This document shows, piece by piece, positions 1-8,972 of a stretch of DNA of 50,841 bases (position 1 is the first letter of the stretch; the number at the start of each line of letters is the position of its first letter). This stretch comes from Sumerlaeia bacterium (lineage in GTDB: Bacteria > Sumerlaeota > Sumerlaeia > SLMS01 > JAHLLQ01). The stretch covers positions 1-50,841 of the forward strand of contig JAVJSW010000072.1 in the NCBI GenBank assembly GCA_040219255.1, in the 5' to 3' direction. The position numbers were made by a program, and so were the translations under genes. The notes beneath the pieces are model-generated. The model was not told where the DNA came from. It saw only the letters and a list, made by a program, of their open reading frames with translations, and searched no databases.

Positions 1-1
1 G

Positions 2-145
2 GATGTCGAGAAGCCCCGGCTGGACGCTCTCGACATCCTGCTCTGCACCTGCGCATCGGAAACGCTGCTTCGCGCCGCTGCCGACGCTAACACCGACACG
101 GTCCACGATGTGGCCGATTATATCCGCCTGGAGGTCGATGACTGA
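2..145 (+). CDS. 3' end of a gene entering the window; C-terminus carries a dockerin/EF-hand-like loop
   Basis: Frame from nt 2 reads DVEKPRLDALDILLCTCASETLLRAAADANTDTVHDVADYIRLEVDD* with GC-rich third positions; ADANTDTVHDVAD fits DxNxDxxxDxxD. Not in the ORF track because it lacks a start. Confidence 0.65.
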   Translation, partial: DVEKPRLDALDILLCTCASETLLRAAADANTDTVHDVADYIRLEVDD

Positions 146-156
146 GTGGAGAAGGG

Positions 157-729
157 TTAGGGGGCGAGGCGGACCTCGAGCGTGCGCCGAGCGGTGCGGG
201 CGGCGGAGGGGTCGTTGGTGATGAGGAACCAGGCCAGGGCGCCGTGGTAGAGGACTGCGATTTCCTCGCCGAGGGCGTCGGGATCGGGCACGGCGGCTTC
301 GCGGCAGAGGCCGGTGAAGTAGGCCATCATGCGGCGTTTGCGGTCCTCGACGAGGGCGCGGACGGGATGGGCCGGGTCGGGGAATTCGACGGCGGCGTTG
401 AGCAACGGGCAACCGCGTTTCATGGGGCCGGGGAGCCATTCGGCGAGCACATCGAAGATGGCCAGGAGGCGCTCGCGCGGGTCGTCGGCGCGAGCGGCGA
501 CGGCTTGCGCGAAGGCGCCGCAGAAGGCATCGTTGGCGGTGGCGATGACTTCGGCGATCAGCCCCTCCTTGTTCTGGAACTGATTGTAGAGCGTCATCTT
601 CGCCGTGCCCGCCTCGGCCAGGACGCGGTCGATGCCGGTGGCGTGATAGCCTTCTTCGTAGAACAAACGGGTGGCGGTTTCGAGCAAGCGCTGGCGGGCT
701 TCGGCGGTACGTTTGGTGGTCTTGGCCAT
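157..729 (-). CDS. TetR/AcrR family transcriptional regulator
   Basis: N-terminal HTH (RLLETATRLFYEEGYHATGIDRVLAEAGTAKMTLYNQFQNKEGL) and RGCPLLNAAVEF motif; divergent from the 922-2021 operon. Confidence 0.95.
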   Translation of the reverse strand: MAKTTKRTAEARQRLLETATRLFYEEGYHATGIDRVLAEAGTAKMTLYNQFQNKEGLIAEVIATANDAFCGAFAQAVAARADDPRERLLAIFDVLAEWLPGPMKRGCPLLNAAVEFPDPAHPVRALVEDRKRRMMAYFTGLCREAAVPDPDALGEEIAVLYHGALAWFLITNDPSAARTARRTLEVRLAP

Positions 730-802
730 GGCGCGGGCGGTCCTTTCCCGGGGGCTGATGGAGCGGGATTCTGAGCGGGGGGCGGTGGCTTTTCAAGGAA
801 AA

Positions 803-861
803 TAGACAGACCTGTCTTTTTGCACTTGACGGCCGGGGGCATTTAGTAGACAGGTCTGTCT
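803..861. promoter_or_regulatory. Pair of palindromic TetR operators flanking a TTGACG -35-like hexamer
   Basis: AGACAGACCTGTCT (804-817) and its exact reverse complement AGACAGGTCTGTCT (848-861), each preceded by T; TTGACG at 826-831 lies between them. Confidence 0.8.
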
Positions 862-921
862 GTCTTGTTTGGGGAGTGCGCTCACCGGGACCCATCTCCA
901 TCGCCGGAAAGGACCGCGATC

Positions 922-1545
922 ATGCCGGCTTTCGCTCAATTGGCTTTCACTCCCGAGGTCCAGGAGGCTCAGGCGTCGGCCTATGGCATGGCCTGGGACC
1001 CGGGCTCGGAGGGGGATTTCTCGCCGGACCGCCTGGGTCCGGCCGAGGCTCAGTTCATCGCGGCCCGCGACACGTTCTTCATGGCGACGGTGGGCAGCGG
1101 GGGCTGGCCGTATGTGCAGCACCGGGGCGGGCCTGCGGGCTTCGTGCGGGTGCTGGACGAGGCGACGCTGGCGTTCGCCGATTTCCGGGGGAACCGCCAG
1201 CTCATCTCGACGGGGAACCTGGCGGGCGGCGAGGGCCGGGTGGCGCTGATCTTCGTGGATTTCGCCCGGCGGCGCCGGCTGAAAGTGCTGGCCACGGCTC
1301 GCGTGGTGACGGCGTCGGAGGACCCGGATCTGATCGCCCGCATCGCGCCCGAGGGCACGGCGGCGCGGGTCGAGCGGGCGTTCGTGCTGACGGTGCGGGC
1401 GCTCGACTGGAACTGTCCGCAACACATCGTTCCCCGCTATACGGAACGGGAAATCGAGGCGGCCATCGTGGCGCCTCTAAAGGAAGAAATCGCCCGCCTG
1501 CGGGCCACCCTCGACCAACTGCGGAAGGAGACCGCGCAACCATGA
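922..1545 (+). CDS. Pyridoxamine 5'-phosphate oxidase-like FMN-binding protein
   Basis: GWPYVQHRGGPAGF, ADFRGNRQLISTGNL and DWNCPQHIVPRY motifs; GAAAGGA RBS before ATG 922. Confidence 0.9.
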   Translation: MPAFAQLAFTPEVQEAQASAYGMAWDPGSEGDFSPDRLGPAEAQFIAARDTFFMATVGSGGWPYVQHRGGPAGFVRVLDEATLAFADFRGNRQLISTGNLAGGEGRVALIFVDFARRRRLKVLATARVVTASEDPDLIARIAPEGTAARVERAFVLTVRALDWNCPQHIVPRYTEREIEAAIVAPLKEEIARLRATLDQLRKETAQP

Positions 1546-2021
1546 CTCGATCGAACCCCACCCCCACCCTGAGCCTCGGTCACATCGGCCTGAATGTGAC
1601 AAACTTGCAGAACTCGCTGAAGTTCTACAGCCAAACCCTGGGACTGGAAATCTACCACGTCGTCGACGAACCGGGCCAGCATTTCGCCTTTCTCGGCACC
1701 GGCGGCCAGGTGCGTGTGACGCTGTGGGAGCAGAGCGAAGGGCGCTTCGACGCGGCCCGGCCGGGGCTGCACCACCTCGCGTTCCAGGTGCCGTCGGTCG
1801 CGGACGTGGCGGCCTTCCAGGCGCGCCTGAAAGCCGCCGACGCCGAGATGATCTATGACCGCATCGTGTCGCACGACGAAGGCGCGAGTTCGGGCGGGAT
1901 ATTCTTCCGCGATCCGGATGGCAACCGGCTGGAAATCTACGTCGCCGACGGCGTCCACAGTCACGCCCCGGCCACGGCGGCTGCGCCGAGCTGCGGGTTC
2001 TTCGCGCCGAGCACGGCGTAG
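1542..2021 (+). CDS. VOC (glyoxalase/extradiol dioxygenase fold) family protein
   Basis: LGHIGLNV, GLHHLAF and FFRDPDGNRLEI metal-ligand motifs; ATGA overlap with the upstream gene; AAGGAG RBS. Confidence 0.9.
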   Translation: MTRSNPTPTLSLGHIGLNVTNLQNSLKFYSQTLGLEIYHVVDEPGQHFAFLGTGGQVRVTLWEQSEGRFDAARPGLHHLAFQVPSVADVAAFQARLKAADAEMIYDRIVSHDEGASSGGIFFRDPDGNRLEIYVADGVHSHAPATAAAPSCGFFAPSTA

Positions 2022-2030
2022 TTTTCGATC

Positions 2031-2062
2031 CCCCTGGAGACAGACCCATCTGTCTCCAGGGG
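2031..2062. terminator. Perfect 14-bp-stem hairpin after the VOC gene
   Basis: CCCCTGGAGACAGA-ccca-TCTGTCTCCAGGGG; weak U tract. Confidence 0.55.
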
Positions 2063-2141
2063 CTTCCCACAAATTGGCTCGACGCAGGCGCAGCTCTTGC
2101 ACACCGTTGCGTCAGCTTGACTTTGCCGAGGAATGCCGCCG

Positions 2142-2624
2142 ATGCCGCCCAAGGAAATCAATGGACATCTGACCGCCGATGGAATGCGGTTCGCCATCGT
2201 GGTGAGCCGCTACAACAGCCTTGTGACGGAGGAACTGCTCAAGGGGGCGCTGGACACGCTCGAGCGCCACGGCGCCAACCTCGACGAGCAGATCGTCGTC
2301 CGCGCGCCCGGCGGCTGGGAACTGGTCCTGACCACCCAGAAGGTGCTGGAGCAAAACGCCGCCATCGGCAAAATCGACGGCGTCATCGCCTTGGGCTGCG
2401 TGATGAAGGGCGGCACGGACCACAACACCTACATCGCCAACGAAGTGACCAAAGGCCTGGCGCAGCTTTCCATGAAGACCGCTCTGCCGGTGTCCTTCGG
2501 CGTGCTGACCCCCAACACCACCGAACAGGCGCTCGAGCGCTCGGGCCTGAAAATGGGAAACAAAGGCGCGGAAGCGGCCTTGGCGGCGATCGAGATGGCG
2601 AACCTGATCAAGCGGCTGGCTTGA
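2142..2624 (+). CDS. ribH: 6,7-dimethyl-8-ribityllumazine synthase
   Basis: RFAIVVSRYNSLVTEELLKGA, PGGWEL, IALGCVMKGGTDH and QALERSGLKMGNKG motifs; GAGGA spacing favours ATG 2142 over 2133. Confidence 0.96.
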   Translation: MPPKEINGHLTADGMRFAIVVSRYNSLVTEELLKGALDTLERHGANLDEQIVVRAPGGWELVLTTQKVLEQNAAIGKIDGVIALGCVMKGGTDHNTYIANEVTKGLAQLSMKTALPVSFGVLTPNTTEQALERSGLKMGNKGAEAALAAIEMANLIKRLA

Positions 2625-2943
2625 GCGGGATGGGGTTGGGGCCCGGGGATTCATAATTTGCCTCAGATGGCGTAGAAGCCGCAGATGCTTTCCGCATATT
2701 GGCCGGGAAAGAACAGGAGAACTCGCTGGCGAGTTGTTCCCCGATAAGCAAGTGCATCCCCAACATTGAGTCGCTCATGTATTTTCTTGCTGTCTCACGG
2801 CCGCGCTCGCCCGTCGCCTGTGCACCATCCGCGTTCATCTGTGGCTAAATCCCCCCTGAACTCCCCTTGCCTGGCGCGGCGCTTGCCGTTTTCCTTGTCG
2901 CGCGGCTCAAAAGGCCGCAACCGACCGCGAGGAGCTTTCTTGA

Positions 2944-3891
2944 GTGGCTGTAATCGTCAACCCGCCCCCCATGCCCCCGGCGCCTGATCCGGTGACGGGC
3001 TATCATCCCGGCAGCATGACCCCCGATGAACTGGCCAAGTCGGGCCGGCGCCTGCCTCCGTGGATTCGCGCCCGCGCCGCCGGAGGCGCCGGGTACAAGA
3101 AGGTCCGCGAACTGGTCGATGACAAGCGCCTCCACACCGTTTGCGAGGAAGCGCAGTGCCCCAACCTGGGCGAGTGCTGGACCCGCGGCACCGCCACCTT
3201 CATGATCCTCGGCGATACTTGCACGCGCTCCTGCGGATTCTGCGCGGTGAAGACCGGCCGGCCCCAGGAACTCGACCTGGACGAACCGCGCCGCGTGGCG
3301 GAGAGCATTTCCAGTATGGGTCTGACTCACGCGGTCATCACGAGCGTGAACCGTGACGAACTGTGGGACGGCGGCGCGGCGATTTTCGCCGATACGATCC
3401 GCCACACGCGGGCGCTCTCGCCGAAGACGCGCGTCGAGGTCCTGACGCCGGATTTCGAGGGACGCAAGGAAGCGCTGGACGCGCTCTTCGCGGCGCGGCC
3501 GGATATTTTCAATCACAACCTGGAGACGGTGCCGCGGCTCTATTCCACCGTGCGGCCCCAGGCGAATTATGCCCGCTCGCTGCAAGTCCTGGACCGGGGC
3601 AAGCGCGCGGGCCTGACGACGAAAACCGGCGTCATGGTGGGTCTCGGCGAGACCCTCGACGAGGTGCGCGACATTATGCGCGATCTCGTGGCGATCGGCT
3701 GCGATATCTTCACCATCGGCCAGTACCTGCGCCCCGCGCCCCGTTACCTGCCCATCGCCCGTTTCGTCCACCCGGATGAATTCCGCCAGCTCAAAGAAGA
3801 AGGCGAAGCCATGGGCATCCCCCACGTCGAAAGCGGCCCCATGGTGCGCAGCAGCTATCACGCGGACGAGCAGAGCGAGAAGTTCGGCTAG
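2944..3891 (+). CDS. lipA: Lipoyl synthase
   Basis: [20 protein letters not shown] radical-SAM motif and C-terminal RSSY; GGAG RBS before GTG. Confidence 0.97.
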   Translation: MAVIVNPPPMPPAPDPVTGYHPGSMTPDELAKSGRRLPPWIRARAAGGAGYKKVRELVDDKRLHTVCEEAQCPNLGECWTRGTATFMILGDTCTRSCGFCAVKTGRPQELDLDEPRRVAESISSMGLTHAVITSVNRDELWDGGAAIFADTIRHTRALSPKTRVEVLTPDFEGRKEALDALFAARPDIFNHNLETVPRLYSTVRPQANYARSLQVLDRGKRAGLTTKTGVMVGLGETLDEVRDIMRDLVAIGCDIFTIGQYLRPAPRYLPIARFVHPDEFRQLKEEGEAMGIPHVESGPMVRSSYHADEQSEKFG

Positions 3892-3907
3892 TGGGTTGAG
3901 AATAATC

Positions 3908-3938
3908 AAATCACCACAGAGTCACAGAGGACACAGAG
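3908..3938 (+). repeat. 31-bp dispersed CACAGAG repeat, copy 1
   Basis: AAATCACCACAGAGTCACAGAGGACACAGAG; 29/31 identical to the copies at 27970 and 48151. Confidence 0.85.
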
Positions 3939-4070
3939 ATGGTTGGTCTTGTTGGATTTGAGGGTGTTGATTGGGAAATCCGATAAAAAAGGAAATTCCA
4001 TCCTGCCGCCCAAAACCTCATTCTCTTGACCCTATCATATCCATTTGAAACTCTTCGTTTCCACCTTTGA

Positions 4071-4112
4071 CCATCTCTGTGAAACCTCTGTCCTCTGAGC
4101 CCTCTGTGGTTT
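4071..4112 (-). repeat. Inverted partner of the CACAGAG repeat
   Basis: Reverse complement AAACCACAGAGGGCTCAGAGGACAGAGGTTTCACAGAGATGG; ends in CACAGAGATGG like copy 1 with its flank. Confidence 0.75.
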
Positions 4113-4203
4113 TCCAAGGAATCCCGCAGCCCCACCCCGCGCTGGACGGACTCTTGCAACCCTTCGGCGTTTTCATCCCTGATTGCCGAAAGTTTGCTCC
4201 CCT

Positions 4204-5673
4204 ATGTCCGGTCCAAAGCCCTCCCTCGTCTGGTTTCGCCGGGATTTCCGCCTGACCGACAACCCCGCTCTGCGAGCCGCCGCCGACCGCGGTGGCCCGG
4301 TCGTGCCGGTGTTCGTGTGGTCGCCCGGGGAAGACGGCGACTGGCCCATCGGCGCCGCCAGCAAGGTGTACCTGCACCACGCGCTGCTGGCGCTGGCCGA
4401 GGCTCTGGAGAAAGCCGGTTCGCCGCTCGTGATCCGCGTGGGCGATTCGGCGGCGGGGGAGTTGGCCAGAGTCGCTCGCGCGGTGGGGGCCGAGTCGATT
4501 TGCTACAACCGCCTCTACGAACCGCAAATGATCGCCCAATCCGCAGCGGTCAAGGAGGCCTTGCGCGACGAAGGCGTCGAGGTGAAGGGCTTTGACGGCA
4601 ATATCCTGATGCCGCCATGGGAGTTGAAAACCGGTGCGGGCACGCCCTACTCGGTTTACACGCCTTACTGGAAATCGATGCGGAAGGCGGCCTGCATACC
4701 AGAACCGCTCCCTGCCGTCGGCAAACTCGGCAAATCTTCGAAATCCCCCGCCAGCAAAACCGTCGAGGACCTGGACCTGCTGCCGTCCATCCCGTGGGAC
4801 GAGAGCATTCTGGCCTACTGGAAACCCTACATCGGCGAGAAGAACGCCTGGAGCCAGTTCGAGCGGTACCTATCCGGCGACGCGGCGGAATACAGCGACC
4901 TGCGCAACCTGCCCGCCCGCGACGCCACCAGCCACATGTCGCCAGCGCTGCATTGGGGCGAGGTGTCGCCGCGCCAACTCTTTCACGCCATCGAGGAAAA
5001 GAAGAAAGGCACCACCTCCGACTCGATAAGGAAAAGCTACGAGACCTATCAGTCGGAAATCGCGTGGCGGGATTTTTCCGCCTATGTGATGTTCCACTTC
5101 CCCCACACCAGCACCGACCCGTTGAAGCCCGAGTTCGACGCCTTTCCCTGGAACGAGGTGACGGAGGAGAACTTTGGCCGGTGGCGGCGGGGCCAGACGG
5201 GCTATCCCATCGTGGACGCGGCGATGCGCCAGCTCTGGGCCATCGGCTGGATGCACAACCGCTGCCGCATGATCGTGGCGAGTTTCCTGTGCAAAGACCT
5301 GCGGCTGCACTGGATCGAGGGCGCCAAGTGGTTCTACGACACGCTGGTCGATGCGGACCTTTGCAGCAACAACATGGGCTGGCAATGGAGCGCCGGCTGC
5401 GGCGCCGACGCCCAGCCGTTCTTTCGCATCTTCAACCCTATCGGCCAGGGCGAGAAGTTCGACCCGGACGGGGCCTACATCAAGCAATGGTGCCCGGAAC
5501 TGTCGAACGTGCCGCCGAAATTCATCCACAAACCCTGGGAGATGAACCGGGGGGAACTCGAACTTTGCGGCGTCCTCCTGGGTCGGGATTATCCCGAACC
5601 GATGGTGGATCACAAGACCGAGCGGCAAAAGGCATTGGACGGCTATGAGAAGGTGAAGGAGGCAAAGAGATAG
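4204..5673 (+). CDS. phr: Deoxyribodipyrimidine (CPD) photolyase
   Basis: LVWFRRDFRLTDNPAL, TSHMSPALHWGEVS, GQTGYPIVDAAMRQL, WMHNRCRMIVASFL and FFRIFNP motifs. Confidence 0.95.
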   Translation: MSGPKPSLVWFRRDFRLTDNPALRAAADRGGPVVPVFVWSPGEDGDWPIGAASKVYLHHALLALAEALEKAGSPLVIRVGDSAAGELARVARAVGAESICYNRLYEPQMIAQSAAVKEALRDEGVEVKGFDGNILMPPWELKTGAGTPYSVYTPYWKSMRKAACIPEPLPAVGKLGKSSKSPASKTVEDLDLLPSIPWDESILAYWKPYIGEKNAWSQFERYLSGDAAEYSDLRNLPARDATSHMSPALHWGEVSPRQLFHAIEEKKKGTTSDSIRKSYETYQSEIAWRDFSAYVMFHFPHTSTDPLKPEFDAFPWNEVTEENFGRWRRGQTGYPIVDAAMRQLWAIGWMHNRCRMIVASFLCKDLRLHWIEGAKWFYDTLVDADLCSNNMGWQWSAGCGADAQPFFRIFNPIGQGEKFDPDGAYIKQWCPELSNVPPKFIHKPWEMNRGELELCGVLLGRDYPEPMVDHKTERQKALDGYEKVKEAKR

Positions 5674-5688
5674 TTGAGCACGGCCCGG

Positions 5689-6798
5689 CTAGCCGCCTTG
5701 AGCCAGCCGCCACAGAATCCGCGCGGCGCGCGCGTGGCCGTCGAGAGGCAGCTTGATCGCCTGCGCGTTCTTCCAGAAACGGTCGTAGCGGTCGAGGATG
5801 CGCCGCACGGCTTCGCCCGCCCGCTCCGGGTGGCGCTCCAGAAGACCGCCGCCGAGGCGTTCGACGAACGCACCGTTGCACCACTGCTCGGCGTGGTTGC
5901 GCACGGGGATGACAACGGTGGGGACGTGGAGGGCGAGGGCTTCGCTGACGCTGCTGAAGCCGCCCTGAATGACCAACACCTTCGCCCGGCGAAGGTGTTC
6001 CGCCACGTCCAGCGTAAAGCCCACATTCACAGCGTCCGCGGGGGCACCGCCGATTTTCGATCCGACGATGCGGACCTTCTCACCCTCCAGATGGCTGAGG
6101 TCGATAGCCGCCGCGTCGATGCCAGACCCGCCCGTGACGACGACGATTTCCTCGCCGGGTGTCTCCATTGGCCGGATACCGGGACGGACGAAGGGGGGCA
6201 GTTGGATGATTTTTTCCGGCAGGATGCGGCGCCGCAGGGGCTGGAGCACGGGGCTCAGCACGTGGTGCGGGTAACGCCTTTGCAGCCAGGCATCGACGCG
6301 CTCGATTCCGTGAAAGGAAAAGCCGCAATCGGCTGGCGGGCCGCCGAGGCGCCGTATGGCCTCGACGGTCCACGGCGAGTTGTTGATGGCCGCCAGGCGA
6401 AACCCGAGTTTCCGCGCAGGCCTCAGGCAGTAGAAGTCCGAGTCGGCGACCACCAGATGGGGTTTGTATTCTTGCAGAATCTCGGCGATGCGGCGCTCGT
6501 TGTCGAGGAAGCGGCGCGGAAAGTTCAGGTTGCTGCGGACAATCTGAAGCGCGTTGAAACGCGCCTCGCGCTCGGTCTTCGGCGAGGTCCCATCGGCGCC
6601 CGTGTAGCTGACGGTCTTGAGGGCGTAAGTCTTGTAGCGGTCCTGCAGCAGTTCGCGGGCTCGGCCCTGGGCGGCGAGGCGGATCTCGCAATCGCCCATC
6701 GCGGCGAGGCGTTCGAGAATGGCCAGGTTGCGGGTCGTATTGCCCGCCCCCACGCCGACAATACAGATGAGAAAACGCAGTCGTTCCGAGGTCGCCAT
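5689..6798 (-). CDS. GT-B glycosyltransferase (GT28/MJ1255-like)
   Basis: GVGAGNTTR N-terminal motif and QGGFSSVSEALALHVPTVVIPVRNHAEQWCNG C-terminal signature; start inferred at MATSERL. Confidence 0.85.
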   Translation of the reverse strand: MATSERLRFLICIVGVGAGNTTRNLAILERLAAMGDCEIRLAAQGRARELLQDRYKTYALKTVSYTGADGTSPKTEREARFNALQIVRSNLNFPRRFLDNERRIAEILQEYKPHLVVADSDFYCLRPARKLGFRLAAINNSPWTVEAIRRLGGPPADCGFSFHGIERVDAWLQRRYPHHVLSPVLQPLRRRILPEKIIQLPPFVRPGIRPMETPGEEIVVVTGGSGIDAAAIDLSHLEGEKVRIVGSKIGGAPADAVNVGFTLDVAEHLRRAKVLVIQGGFSSVSEALALHVPTVVIPVRNHAEQWCNGAFVERLGGGLLERHPERAGEAVRRILDRYDRFWKNAQAIKLPLDGHARAARILWRLAQGG

Positions 6799-6832
6799 AG
6801 TCACCCCATGGGTGGCGATTCGCGGCGGCGGG

Positions 6833-7438
6833 TCAACGGGAGTCGGCGCCCCGTTCGAGCCGCACGACGTGGTTGAAGCCGACGGCGCTCCATTCCGCCA
6901 CGCGCAGACCGCACGCCCCGGCGGCGGACCGGAGCCGGGATTGCGAAAAGAGTTGGATCCCAACCCCGTGGCGCCGGTGAAACGCCCGGTACCCCAACCC
7001 CAGCCAGGACGGCGCCGGTAGCATCAGGACCAGGCGGGCGTGAGCCTCCGGCTTCAGGCCCACAGCCAGGTTCGCGATGGCGGTCTCGGGGTCGGCGCAG
7101 AATTCCAGCGCCCCCGCGCACAGCACCGCGTCGAAGGCTGGCTGAAGCCCGACGGCCTGCAAGTCCGCCACGAAAACCGGCAGTCCGAGGCGGGCGTGGA
7201 CCTCGGCGGCCATGGCGGGGACGTAGTCGCAGGCGATGACCTGGGCGCCGGATTGGATGAGACTTCGCGAGTAGTACCCGGCGCCCGATCCCGCATCCAG
7301 AACGCGCTCGCCCGCAGCGGGGCGCAGGAGCCTCCAGATGGCACTCCGCTCGCGTCCCCGCCACCAACTCCAGAGGCCCCGGTCGCTGCGGCCGGCGTAG
7401 TCGCTGGCCTCGGTCGCGAAATGGTCGCCAGCGCTCAC
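6833..7438 (-). CDS. Class I SAM-dependent methyltransferase
   Basis: VLDAGSGAG motif I and FDAVLCAGALEF; GTG start overlaps the HxlR stop (GTGA at 7435-7438). Confidence 0.85.
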   Translation of the reverse strand: MSAGDHFATEASDYAGRSDRGLWSWWRGRERSAIWRLLRPAAGERVLDAGSGAGYYSRSLIQSGAQVIACDYVPAMAAEVHARLGLPVFVADLQAVGLQPAFDAVLCAGALEFCADPETAIANLAVGLKPEAHARLVLMLPAPSWLGLGYRAFHRRHGVGIQLFSQSRLRSAAGACGLRVAEWSAVGFNHVVRLERGADSR

Positions 7439-7800
7439 CGGGCCGGAGGCTCCGAATCGAGTTCGCCCTGCAGCGCGGCGATGCCTTCCAGAATCCCCAG
7501 GAATTTCCGGCCAAAGGGCGTCAGTTCGTACTCCACCCGTGGCGGAGACTCGGGATAGATGACCTTGCTGAGGATGCCGAAGCGTTGCATTTTCACGAGC
7601 CGCTCGTTGAGCACCTTCGTCGTCAAACCCTCCACCGCCCGCACCATGGCGCCGGGGCGATTCTGACCCGCCTTCACCAGGTCCAGGACCGTCAGGGACC
7701 ATTTGCAACCGACGATGCTTTCAACCATCCGGGCCACGGGAATGGAGGCATCGGGAGCTATGACACCTTTTGCGGAGTGTTCGGTTTCTTGATCTTGCAC
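7435..7800 (-). CDS. HxlR/DUF24 family winged-helix regulator
   Basis: IVGCKWSLTVL, GLTTKVLNERL and ESPPRVEYELTPFG motifs; AGGAAGG RBS before GTG 7800. Confidence 0.9.
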   Translation of the reverse strand: MQDQETEHSAKGVIAPDASIPVARMVESIVGCKWSLTVLDLVKAGQNRPGAMVRAVEGLTTKVLNERLVKMQRFGILSKVIYPESPPRVEYELTPFGRKFLGILEGIAALQGELDSEPPAR

Positions 7801-7947
7801 TGGATTGTGCCTTCCTGACCGTTTTGTGCGGACTCGACAATGGGCCCCGCCGGGGCCATCGTCATGAGGCCTTTCCGAGAGGAAAGCAAGCCGAGCCCCC
7901 ACGGGCCGGCCCCAATCGAGTTTCTGTTTCTTTGGAGGAAACGCCCC

Positions 7948-8193
7948 ATGAAAACCAACGCCACCTTCTACCACGCCGGATGCCCCGTCTGCGTCAGTGC
8001 CGAGCAAGCCATCGCCCAATCCCTGGACCCCGCCAAGTACGACATCCAGATTGTCCACCTCGGCACAGAACCGGCGCGCATCGCCGAAGCGGAGCAGGCC
8101 GGTGTCGAATCGGTTCCCGCCCTTGTCATCGATGGCTCGACCTTCCACATCAACCACGGCGCGTCGTTGGCCGAGGTGAAGGCCTCCGTCTGA
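7948..8193 (+). CDS. Small thioredoxin/glutaredoxin-fold protein
   Basis: FYHAGCPVC active site and GVESVPALVIDG cis-Pro motif; GGAGG RBS. Confidence 0.9.
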   Translation: MKTNATFYHAGCPVCVSAEQAIAQSLDPAKYDIQIVHLGTEPARIAEAEQAGVESVPALVIDGSTFHINHGASLAEVKASV

Positions 8194-8213
8194 GAAGCGC
8201 AAACCCTCTCCGA

Positions 8214-8891
8214 TCAATCCTCCAGGTTGTGAACCAAGGCGCCGAAGCGGGCCGCCTTGCGCTTGACCACCTGGGGGTTTTTCGCGTTCGCCACGTTCTT
8301 GGCCAGATCGAGGACGAACTCGCGGTCGTGGTGGTAGGCGCGGACGCCTTTGCCGAACAGGCGCAGCCGCTCGCAGAGCCAGACCCGGTGTACGATCTCC
8401 GCGAAGGTTCCGTCGCGCTCCGAGTACGAGACGATGAAGCGGCGGTCTTTGAGCTTGTGGTAGAGCCGCCGATTCTCCTCCTCGTGCAGCCAATCCATCA
8501 GCCCCAGCCCCGTGACAAGCGTCGCGCCGGCGGGAATGTCGTACTCCAGCACGTTGCCCACGCTGAAAACGGCGCGGTCGGCGAAGCCCTTGGCCTTGGC
8601 CATGTCGTTGGCGAAGGCGATGCCCTGGTCGGCGAAATCGACGCCGTAGGCCTTGGCGCAGAGGCCCCGCTCCAGGGCCTCCACGACGAAGTGGCCGCTG
8701 CCGCAGCCCAAGTCCACGAGGACGCTATCCCTGGGGCAATGAGCGGCGATCAGTTCCAAGGCGGTTTCCTTGCGCGCATCGACGGACGTTCGCAGCTTGT
8801 CCAGGAAGCCTTTGCGTTCCGGGTCGTAAGACGACTTGGCCCAGTCTGTGATTTCCCGGTCCCAATAATCGCGGCGGACAGGTTCGGTCAT
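8214..8891 (-). CDS. Class I SAM-dependent methyltransferase
   Basis: LVDLGCGSG and AYGVDFA motifs. Confidence 0.85.
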   Translation of the reverse strand: MTEPVRRDYWDREITDWAKSSYDPERKGFLDKLRTSVDARKETALELIAAHCPRDSVLVDLGCGSGHFVVEALERGLCAKAYGVDFADQGIAFANDMAKAKGFADRAVFSVGNVLEYDIPAGATLVTGLGLMDWLHEEENRRLYHKLKDRRFIVSYSERDGTFAEIVHRVWLCERLRLFGKGVRAYHHDREFVLDLAKNVANAKNPQVVKRKAARFGALVHNLED

Positions 8892-8972
8892 GGGTGGCGG
8901 TCCTTCTGACGTGAGAATGATAATCGGAAGTAAATACCGCCCAGGGAGCCTGTCGCGTAAAGCGAAAGCGGC

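Noticed and set aside
2142-5673. ribH-photolyase link through a lumazine antenna
   Set aside because: The photolyase looks like a standard CPD type, not the FeS class that uses lumazine; lipA and repeats lie between the two genes.
7801-8493. Long N-terminal extension of the HxlR ORF (352 aa) suggesting a fusion
   Set aside because: It overlaps the thioredoxin and MTase genes; the RBS supports a start at 7800.
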